From Candidatus Daviesbacteria bacterium RIFCSPHIGHO2_02_FULL_39_12 (lineage in GTDB: Bacteria > Patescibacteriota > Microgenomatia > Daviesbacterales > UBA10151), in assembly GCA_001777055.1 (NCBI GenBank), contig MFCX01000032.1:1-41358 (forward strand): a stretch of 41,358 bases of DNA, read 5' to 3'. How positions within the stretch are numbered: position 1 is the first letter of the stretch; each line of letters opens with the position of its first letter. Both the position numbers and the translations under genes were made by a program. Positions 23,571-30,771 of this stretch are shown here, in pieces. The notes under the pieces were generated by a model that saw nothing but the letters and a program-made list of their open reading frames with translations, was not told where the DNA came from and ran no database searches.

Positions 23571-26171
23571 ATGAAAAGAAGCGTAAGATTACCAAGCCAT
23601 GTTAAGCCTGAGAGATACAAAATTATGCTCAAGCCTGATTTCAATGAGTTTACTTTTACGGGTATAGAAACTATTTACTTGTTGTTGGAAAAACCTACTA
23701 AACAGATTACCCTGCATGCAGTTGAATTGGAAATTGAATCAGCTGAATTTATTCATGAAAGCAAAGAAATCTGGGCTGGCAAAATTTCCTATGATTCTAA
23801 ATCCGAAACTGCCACCTTTACCTTCCCAAAGCTTTTGCCAAAGGGCAAAGGAGAATTAAAGCTACAATTTAAGGGTATTTTAAATGATAAAATGCGCGGT
23901 TTTTATAGAAGTAAATACCATCTGGCTGGTGAAGAAAAGCATTTGGCTACCAGCCAATTTGAATCAACTGATGCCAGACGTTCATTTCCTTGTTTTGATG
24001 AACCTAGCCAAAAGGCTGTTTTTGATGTGACCTTAATGGTACCAGCGCATACGACTGCCATTTCTAATACTATTGAATCAAATATTTTAGAGCATGAAAA
24101 TGGCTATAAAGTAGTTGAATTTGCGCCAACCCCCAAAATGAGTACCTATCTTTTGGCCTTCATTGTGGGGGAGTTTGAATATATTGAAGGGGAAAGCCAT
24201 GCCTGCCAGCAGGCAGGGGAAAAGGGGAAAGGGGAAAGAAAAGGACTGGTTAGAGTTTTCACAACTCCCGGAAAAAAAGACCAGGCAAGATTTGCCTTGG
24301 ATGTAGCCATTAAATGCCTGGATTTTTATGAAGATTATTTTGGAATAGATTATCCTCTACCGGTTTTAGATTTAATTGCCATTCCTGATTTTGCAGCCGG
24401 AGCCATGGAAAATTGGGGAGCTGTTACTTATAGAGAATCTACTCTTTTAATAGATGAGAAAAAATCGTCTACTGCCAATAAACAATGGGTGGCTTTAGTG
24501 ATTGCTCATGAACTGGCTCATCAGTGGTTTGGGAATTTGGTGACCATGCAATGGTGGACACACCTTTGGTTAAATGAGGGATTTGCTTCTTTTATTGAGT
24601 TTTTGGCAATTGATCATATTTTCCCGCAGTGGGAAATTTGGACTCAATTTGTCTCAACAGAATTATCAGATGCATTTGCGCTAGATTCATTAAAAAACAC
24701 TCATCCAATTGAGGTTGAGGTAGGTCATCCTACAGAAATATCTGAAATTTTTGACAAAGTTTCTTACTCGAAAGGAGCCTCTGTTTTACGTATGCTTTGG
24801 AAATATCTAGGAGAAAAAGATTTTCAAAAAGGTCTGCAGCATTATCTAAAAAGACATGCCTATGGTAATGCCCAGACTGAGGATTTATGGAAAGCTTTAG
24901 AGGAAGTAAGTGGTAAGCCAGTAGGTAAATTCATGAAAAACTGGACTTCAAAGGCAGGACACCCGGTAATAAATGTAAAAATCAAAAATCAAAAATCAAA
25001 AATAGAACTCAGACAAAGCAGGTTTTTCTCAAGCCCAATTTCCAGAAAGGAGGTTAAAGATAGGACTGTCTGGTCTATCCCGCTTTCCTTGTCATTGCGA
25101 GGAGCGAAGCGATGCGGCAATCTTTCTTATGACAAGGTTCTTCTAATGGATAAAAAGACTATGATTATTCCCAATAAGTGGGAAAAATTAAACGTTGGGG
25201 AAGTAAGTTTAGTAAGAGTAGATTATCCACATGAATATTTGAAAAAGTTTGAAGAGCAAGTGAGAACTGGAAAATTATCTGCACCAGATAGATTAGGGTT
25301 GATCAGAGACAGCTTTGATTTAGCCCAGTCCGGACAAAGTCCGACCAGCTTAGCTTTAGAACTTGCCCAAAGTTATGTAGCGGAGACAGATTACACTGTT
25401 TGGTCCGAACTAACTTCCCGTATCAGCTGGCTGGATTCACTGCTAGCCTATGAAGATTTATATAACAGTTATAAAAATTATGGTAGATATATTTATTCGG
25501 GGATAGCTCAAAAAATGGGTTGGGAGAAAAAGAAGGATGAAAAACATACAGATTCACTTTTAAGAAGTGTAGTTTTAAACATGCTTGGGAGGTTTGGAGA
25601 TAAAGAAACCATCAAAAAAGCCCAGGAATTATTTGGTAAAAGAATAGACCCTGACTTGGCTGGTGTTGTTTATAATTTAGTAGCAGAAAACGGGGGAATT
25701 AAAGAATTTAATACTTTAATTAAAATGTACAAGGCAGAAGAAAATCAGCAGGAGAAAGAAAGGATCGGCAGGTCTTTGGGCCTCTTCAAATCTAAAAGTA
25801 TTTTACAGCAAACTTTAGATTTTGCCATCTCAAAGCATGTAAGATTCCAAAATTCCTTACAAATTATTGCCTCAGTTTGGAGTAACTTTCATGGAAGGTA
25901 TTTAGCCTGGGAATTTGTAAAGGGAAATTGGAAGTTATTAAAAGAAAGATACGCGGGAGGCCATTATTTCACCAGGGTTTTCGGGCTGGCCGGAGAATTT
26001 ACCCACACGGAAGATGCCAAAAATATAGAAAAGTTTGTTGCTAAAAATCCTGTTCCTGAAGCCAAAAGGACTATAGCTCAAGCCTTAGAGCAAATTTATT
26101 CAAATGTAGAATGGTTAAAAAGGGATAGGGAAGGAATTAGAAAATTTCTCCAAAATACCAGTTCGTTATAG
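23571..26171 (+). CDS. pepN: M1-family aminopeptidase N (866 aa, with ERAP-like C-terminal helical domain)
   Basis: Exopeptidase motif AGAMENWG (GAMEN) and HELAHQWFGNLVTMQWWTHLWLNEGFA (HExxH-18-E). Confidence 0.92.
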   Translation: MKRSVRLPSHVKPERYKIMLKPDFNEFTFTGIETIYLLLEKPTKQITLHAVELEIESAEFIHESKEIWAGKISYDSKSETATFTFPKLLPKGKGELKLQFKGILNDKMRGFYRSKYHLAGEEKHLATSQFESTDARRSFPCFDEPSQKAVFDVTLMVPAHTTAISNTIESNILEHENGYKVVEFAPTPKMSTYLLAFIVGEFEYIEGESHACQQAGEKGKGERKGLVRVFTTPGKKDQARFALDVAIKCLDFYEDYFGIDYPLPVLDLIAIPDFAAGAMENWGAVTYRESTLLIDEKKSSTANKQWVALVIAHELAHQWFGNLVTMQWWTHLWLNEGFASFIEFLAIDHIFPQWEIWTQFVSTELSDAFALDSLKNTHPIEVEVGHPTEISEIFDKVSYSKGASVLRMLWKYLGEKDFQKGLQHYLKRHAYGNAQTEDLWKALEEVSGKPVGKFMKNWTSKAGHPVINVKIKNQKSKIELRQSRFFSSPISRKEVKDRTVWSIPLSLSLRGAKRCGNLSYDKVLLMDKKTMIIPNKWEKLNVGEVSLVRVDYPHEYLKKFEEQVRTGKLSAPDRLGLIRDSFDLAQSGQSPTSLALELAQSYVAETDYTVWSELTSRISWLDSLLAYEDLYNSYKNYGRYIYSGIAQKMGWEKKKDEKHTDSLLRSVVLNMLGRFGDKETIKKAQELFGKRIDPDLAGVVYNLVAENGGIKEFNTLIKMYKAEENQQEKERIGRSLGLFKSKSILQQTLDFAISKHVRFQNSLQIIASVWSNFHGRYLAWEFVKGNWKLLKERYAGGHYFTRVFGLAGEFTHTEDAKNIEKFVAKNPVPEAKRTIAQALEQIYSNVEWLKRDREGIRKFLQNTSSL
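24977..25004. repeat. tandem heptamer AAAAATC x3 plus AAAAATA inside pepN
   Basis: Read directly. It encodes KIKNQKSKIE. Confidence 0.85.
25087..25137. repeat. 51-nt palindromic GC-rich unit inserted in frame in pepN
   Basis: CCTTGTCAT (25087-25095) and ATGACAAGG (25129-25137) are perfect reverse complements. They flank tgcgaggagcgaagcgatgcggcaatctttctt. The 51 nt equal 17 codons (LSLRGAKRCGNLSYDK region). Confidence 0.75.
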
Positions 26172-26244
26172 CTATTCCGATACAGTTTCGTTAGGGAGGT
26201 TACTAATAGTGAATTTTGAGGGGAATTCTGATAAAATCTTTACT

Positions 26245-26808
26245 ATGGCGTTAAATGTAACAGAGCTGCGAAACGGCACTTTTTATAAAGAAGGGAATAA
26301 TATCCTGCTGGTTTTAATTTATGAACATGTTAAAACAGGCAGAGGCTCAGGTAATATTAAACTAAAGGTTAGAAACATTAAGACAGGAGCGGTAATAGAG
26401 AAATCCTTTATTACTGGCGCCAGAGTTGATGAGGCCAATGTTGAGAAGAAAAAAGCTCAGTTTTTGTACAGAGAGGGGGATACTTTTAACTTAATGGATC
26501 CAATTTCTTTTGAACAATTTTCCGTTTCCTCACAAGTAATTGGTGATCAGGCAAAATATTTAAAGGACGGACTGGAAGTTTTGTTAATTGTATCAGACGG
26601 TGAAGCTTTAGGATTAGAATTACCCATGAGCTTAGTTTATGCCATTTCAGAAACCGGGCCCGGTGAAAAGGGTAATACTGTTTCCAATGTATTTAAAGAA
26701 GCTGTTTTGGATAATGATTTGGTGGTTAAAGTACCTATGTTTATGAGAGTAGGAGAAAAGGTGAAGGTGGATACAAGGACCGGGGAATATGTAGAACGGG
26801 TGAAGTAA
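26245..26808 (+). CDS. efp: elongation factor P
   Basis: LRNGTFYKEGNNILLVLIYEHVKTGRGSGNIKLKVRNIKTG aligns with the EF-P domain I loop region. I prefer the ATG at 26245 over the upstream GTG at 26209. Confidence 0.9.
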   Translation: MALNVTELRNGTFYKEGNNILLVLIYEHVKTGRGSGNIKLKVRNIKTGAVIEKSFITGARVDEANVEKKKAQFLYREGDTFNLMDPISFEQFSVSSQVIGDQAKYLKDGLEVLLIVSDGEALGLELPMSLVYAISETGPGEKGNTVSNVFKEAVLDNDLVVKVPMFMRVGEKVKVDTRTGEYVERVK

Positions 26809-26911
26809 TTTATTCTTCGAGGGAGCAAAGCGACTCGAGAAGTTACCTTAAAAACTATGATATTATATTTTAAAGGAATGTTCTCGACTAATCGCTCGAA
26901 TAATAACTAGT

Positions 26912-27829
26912 ATGGTAAAGAAGATTACAAAAGCTTTAATTCCTGCAGCCGGGTTTGGAACTAGATTCCTTCCTCAAACCAAGGCCATGCCCAAGGAAAT
27001 GCTGCCAATTGTAGACAAGCCGGTTATTCAATATGTGGTGGAGGAAATAGTTGAATCAGGCATTGAAAATATTGTCATTGTCACAGGTTCCACCAAAAGA
27101 GCAATCGAAGATCATTTTGATGCTCCAAACCAGGATTTAGTTCAAAATTTAGTCAATGGCAAAAAAGATGCTTTACTTGAACAAATCAACCGTATTTCAA
27201 ATATGGCCAACTTTATTTATATTCGTCAAAAAGGGCCTTATGGTAATGGTACTCCCGTGCTTGCTGGAGAATCAGTAATAGAAGATGAGCCTTTTGCTGT
27301 TGTTTGGGGAGATGAATTTATCTATGCTGAACCTCCAAGATTAAAACAAATGATTGAGGTCCACGAGAAATACGGCGGAATTGTTATATCCGGAGTTAAG
27401 ATTGAAAAAAAGGAAGATCTAAAACGTTATGGAATAGCGGATTTAGAGCCGGTAGAAGGCTCGCCTCGCTCCGCGGGCGGAGTGGGAAATGTGTACAAAA
27501 TCAAGTCTATAGTGGAAAAACCTGAACCGGACAAAGCTCCTTCCAACATTGCCACTCATGGAGCCTATATTTTACCTCCGGAAATATTTAGCGCTTTAAA
27601 ACGTTTAACCCCGGGGCAAGGTGGAGAAATTTGGCTGGTTGATGCAATTAATCTGCTAAAAAATGAAGGAATACCGCTCTATGCGGTAGAGATTGAAAAC
27701 GGCAAATATTATGATACCGGCAATAAATTAGAATATATGAAGACAGTAGTTGAGCTGGCTAAAATTCATCCTGAAATAGGCAAAGAATTTAGCCGGTATC
27801 TTAAAGAATTAATAAGTGGTAAGTTATAA
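26912..27829 (+). CDS. galU: UTP--glucose-1-phosphate uridylyltransferase
   Basis: KALIPAAGFGTRFLPQTKAMPKEMLPIVDKPVIQY and VEKP...APSN are GalU signatures. Confidence 0.92.
   Translation: MVKKITKALIPAAGFGTRFLPQTKAMPKEMLPIVDKPVIQYVVEEIVESGIENIVIVTGSTKRAIEDHFDAPNQDLVQNLVNGKKDALLEQINRISNMANFIYIRQKGPYGNGTPVLAGESVIEDEPFAVVWGDEFIYAEPPRLKQMIEVHEKYGGIVISGVKIEKKEDLKRYGIADLEPVEGSPRSAGGVGNVYKIKSIVEKPEPDKAPSNIATHGAYILPPEIFSALKRLTPGQGGEIWLVDAINLLKNEGIPLYAVEIENGKYYDTGNKLEYMKTVVELAKIHPEIGKEFSRYLKELISGKL
27458..27487. repeat. short GC-rich palindromic segment in frame in galU
   Basis: ggctcgcctcgctccgcgggcggagtggg encodes GSPRSAGGVG in a variable loop. It contains ctccgc-gg-gcggag and the 12-mer cctcgctccgcg shared with ychF. 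Confidence 0.6.
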
Positions 27830-27926
27830 ACGGTTCTGCCCGATAGAATGAGTATGGCAGAGAAAGATATTAATTCTAAACCACGCAGTGGAGTATTTTT
27901 GATTGAAGGAGCCAAACGAGCAGCGT

Positions 27927-27955
27927 TTGACAGAATGAAATGTTGATACTATACT
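27927..27955 (+). promoter_or_regulatory. sigma70-type promoter of the radical SAM operon, predicting a leaderless or near-leaderless mRNA
   Basis: TTGACA (27927-27932), a 17-nt spacer, then TATACT (27950-27955). The ATG of the rSAM gene starts at 27962, 6 nt after the -10 hexamer. No Shine-Dalgarno is present. Confidence 0.45.
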
Positions 27956-27961
27956 CGGCCT

Positions 27962-29092
27962 ATGGCGATAGAAGAGGATCAAGTAAGATCCTCGGATATT
28001 TATAAAACTCTTTCTGCGCCACTTGATGTTCAGGTAGAGGTGACGACTCTATGTAATGAAGCATGTGTGCACTGTTATAATTTTTGGCGAGGAAAACAGT
28101 TCAAAAAAGAGGTTGCCAATTTCCCTCAGAAAACCCTACAGAAAGATCAACTTTCACATATTATGGCAGGGTTAATTCAGGATCAAGTTTTTAGCGTTAC
28201 CTTTACCGGAGGAGAACCATTTCTTTATAGATCAACAGTTATTGAGGGAATTAGGCAAGCCCGAGAAGGAGGCTTAGATTGTTCCTTAAACAGTAACTTA
28301 ACAACCATGACCCCTGCTACGGCAGATCGTCTTAGAAAGATGGGTTTAGGCTCCATACTTACGTCGTTGCATTCTTTTGATGAGGAAATTCATGATGCTA
28401 TAACTCAAAGAGAAGGATTTTTTAAACGTACAGTGCGTGGTATAAAGATCTGTCAAGAAGCCGGATTAAGTGTAGCAGCGAATATGGTAGTAACGAGAAT
28501 GAACCAAAATCAGGTTTTTGAGACAGGTGCATTTGTGAAGAAATTAGGGGTAAAATCTTTTTCAGCGACCAAAGCCACTCCTTGTTTAGGCGGAACTAAT
28601 TTTTCAGAGATTGGTATTAATCGGGGAGCATTTAAACAGATGCTTGAAGATTTATTAAGATTAGAAAAGGATGAAGGAATAGATGTTGACGTTTTAATGT
28701 CCTATCCACTTTGCGCTTTGGGGGATGGCAACCATTTCAGAAAATTTGCTGGCGATAGAAAAGGCATGGATCCATTAGCAACAGATTCTCTAGATGCAAG
28801 ATGCTCTCCGGTGGCAGAGCTTGATCATGCCCCATCCGATTTTTGGGAGAAACAACTTATTGTTACTCCTAATCTTAGACTAAGGAGAGAAAATTTTGGA
28901 GGAATTATAGCACCCCAAGGACGTCAACCAGTTTTTATTGATAATACCGCCTACGAAATTATTGACAAATTAAAAAACGCATCGTCACAGTTTTCTTTTA
29001 AGGGAATTGAACGTGATTTTAAGCTATCGCAAACTTCATCTGATTTCTTTTTTGCGCTCTTTAGAAAAGAGTTTTTTGGAGAAGTCCAATGA
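27962..29092 (+). CDS. radical SAM enzyme, putative peptide-modifying maturase with C-terminal PqqD/RRE-like segment
   Basis: CNEACVHC (CX3CX2C), FTGGEPFLY, SLNSNLT and SLHSFD are radical SAM core elements. The C-terminal LRLRRENFGGIIAPQGRQPVFIDNTAYEIIDKLKN resembles PqqD-type peptide-binding domains. There is no Cys-rich SPASM block. Confidence 0.85.
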   Translation: MAIEEDQVRSSDIYKTLSAPLDVQVEVTTLCNEACVHCYNFWRGKQFKKEVANFPQKTLQKDQLSHIMAGLIQDQVFSVTFTGGEPFLYRSTVIEGIRQAREGGLDCSLNSNLTTMTPATADRLRKMGLGSILTSLHSFDEEIHDAITQREGFFKRTVRGIKICQEAGLSVAANMVVTRMNQNQVFETGAFVKKLGVKSFSATKATPCLGGTNFSEIGINRGAFKQMLEDLLRLEKDEGIDVDVLMSYPLCALGDGNHFRKFAGDRKGMDPLATDSLDARCSPVAELDHAPSDFWEKQLIVTPNLRLRRENFGGIIAPQGRQPVFIDNTAYEIIDKLKNASSQFSFKGIERDFKLSQTSSDFFFALFRKEFFGEVQ

Positions 29093-29826
29093 GTAAGGAT
29101 ATAAACTCAGAGAAGGATTTAACAGGCATAGAATTAGGACCTCAATCAAAAGGTTTTGTTTCTTTTCTCTCAAAAGACCCAAGTCTAAATGGGGTTATAA
29201 AAGATTTTAGATATGGTTATATTAGAGCTTCAAGTTTTTTTAAAAAGAAAATTCCCGAAGTAAAACTCACTCTTGTCTATAGCAGGGAGGAGATGAATAA
29301 TTTAATTGGATATAAAACATCTAGTTGGTTTGTTGGATACGCCGATTCTTCTAGTAAAATATTTATGTTTAGCCCATCTGTTTTTGACAGAGAAAGCAAT
29401 CATAATAAAAAGGATTTTAGAAAAGTTCTTTGTCACGAAATCAGCCATTTATTTATTCGGCAAATTCATAACTCTTATGAACCCGTATGGCTTGAAGAAG
29501 GACTCGCTTATTATGTGGCGGGTCAAGAAAGTAGGTTAAAAAATAGCAACCCTATTTTTAATAATCCGAAAGCTTTATTCCTTATAGATACGAGGAATCG
29601 ATGGAATAAAACTATTGGTAGTCAGCCGGATGTACCATATGCGTTAGCATTTTTGTTGGTAGACTTTTTGATTAGTTGTTATAGTAAAGACAGGGTTATT
29701 AAACTTCTAATGTCTCTAGAGGGTAGATATAACAAAAAGAGGTTTTGCCAAAAATTTAGGAAGCTTTATGGAAAAGATATAAAGTTAATCTTGAAGGAAT
29801 TCTTTTCTAGACAGAATATTAAGTAG
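29089..29826 (+). CDS. HExxH zinc metallopeptidase (Peptidase_MA-like), putative leader peptidase
   Basis: VLCHEISHLFIRQIHNSYEPVWLEEGLAYYVAG gives HExxH plus a downstream Glu (gluzincin pattern). There is no signal peptide. The start overlaps the rSAM stop (ATGA). Confidence 0.7.
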   Translation: MSKDINSEKDLTGIELGPQSKGFVSFLSKDPSLNGVIKDFRYGYIRASSFFKKKIPEVKLTLVYSREEMNNLIGYKTSSWFVGYADSSSKIFMFSPSVFDRESNHNKKDFRKVLCHEISHLFIRQIHNSYEPVWLEEGLAYYVAGQESRLKNSNPIFNNPKALFLIDTRNRWNKTIGSQPDVPYALAFLLVDFLISCYSKDRVIKLLMSLEGRYNKKRFCQKFRKLYGKDIKLILKEFFSRQNIK

Positions 29827-29842
29827 AAAGGGGGTGAGAAAT

Positions 29843-30121
29843 ATGCCTCTAATAGAACTCGAGGGAACACCTAGTACCGCTGCTGCCAATGGCAGTAAGG
29901 ACGTAAGTGTGGTGCCTCAGTTTGTATCAATATTAAATAGTAAAGGATTGGAGTTGTCCATAGGGGAACAGGTAGAAACTGCATTTAGTCCTGGTCCACC
30001 GCTACCACCACCTTGCTTTGGTAAGCCACCACCTCCTTGTGTTGGTAGGCCACCAGAACCTTGCTATGGTAAGCCGCCAGGTGGGCCACCACCTTGTTAT
30101 GGTGGTTGCTATGGTCGGTAA
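29843..30121 (+). CDS. 92-aa putative RiPP precursor: leader plus Cys-Pro-Gly repeat core
   Basis: A Shine-Dalgarno aaaggggg lies 8 nt upstream of the ATG at 29843. The C-terminal 43 aa are PGPPLPPPCFGKPPPPCVGRPPEPCYGKPPGGPPPCYGGCYGR. The gene begins 16 nt after the peptidase gene. Confidence 0.6.
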   Translation: MPLIELEGTPSTAAANGSKDVSVVPQFVSILNSKGLELSIGEQVETAFSPGPPLPPPCFGKPPPPCVGRPPEPCYGKPPGGPPPCYGGCYGR

Positions 30122-30258
30122 ATGGGAAGTAGGTATAAAACATAAAATCGGGAAAATCCGGCGGCTGTAAACCTACGCTCCACCAATTTTCTAGGACTTG
30201 AAGGTTAAGTTATGATTTGGGAGTTAACTAGAAAGGGCTAAAATTGCTTCTTAAAGAC

Positions 30259-30702
30259 TTAGTGGATGACTCTCAAAACTAAAACTAAACCTGTGACTGT
30301 GGCTGCCTGAGTTAAAATACCCCAAGGCAATTTTGCTGTTGAATTCGTTTGGTGACCAAAATTATAAAAATAGGAAAACGGAGGAAATTTCCAATTGAGC
30401 AGCCAGTAAGGAGCCTGTAATATATCCCATGATTCAGAGATCAAGATCGCCAGAAAAAGATAGGTAAGACTAACTGATTGGCCAAAAAGGATATAAGATA
30501 AAATTACCCCAAAAGTTAGATCCGCTATGCTTTGAAAAAATAAAACAAGCTTTTTTTTGCTTTTCCAGCCCCGGCCAAAATCCCAATGGGGAATCATATC
30601 GGCAATAGGGTGTGAAATGGCAACAAGCGGAATGCCTATGGCAGGGTCAGGTATGGCAGCGGCAATGCTGGCTCCTATTAATGCGTGTGCGGTAGCGGTC
30701 AT
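30259..30702 (-). CDS. small integral membrane protein, possibly YdjM/DUF457-like metal-dependent hydrolase
   Basis: MTATAHALIGASIAAAI...ISHPIADMIPHWDF with 4-5 TM segments. The start is taken at the internal ATG (30700-30702) because the longer ORF would overlap the lgt promoter region. Confidence 0.5.
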   Translation of the reverse strand: MTATAHALIGASIAAAIPDPAIGIPLVAISHPIADMIPHWDFGRGWKSKKKLVLFFQSIADLTFGVILSYILFGQSVSLTYLFLAILISESWDILQAPYWLLNWKFPPFSYFYNFGHQTNSTAKLPWGILTQAATVTGLVLVLRVIH

Positions 30703-30771
30703 ACGGCAGGAAACAGTGTAGCACACTTTGTCAATTTGATTCAACCTTGTTGTTATGGTAGGCTAAATATC

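Noticed and set aside
11070-25004. Tandem heptamer blocks and GC-rich repeats considered as a CRISPR array.
   Set aside because: The units are 7 nt tandem without spacers, or dispersed palindromes of variable length. There is no regular repeat-spacer periodicity and no cas genes.
26209-26244. N-terminal extensions suggested by the ORF track for efp (GTG 26209), lgt (30685), the AAA+ ATPase (32496), the membrane protein (30744) and the precursor peptide (GTG 29834).
   Set aside because: Family-typical N-termini begin at the internal ATG codons. For 32496 the predicted promoter lies inside the extension, and for 29834 the SD lies inside the extension.
26811-26910. Imperfect inverted repeat ttcttcgag...ctcgagaag after efp as a terminator.
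   Set aside because: Only about 5-6 bp pair cleanly and there is no T-tract. It may be another degenerate member of the repeat families, but the evidence is thin.
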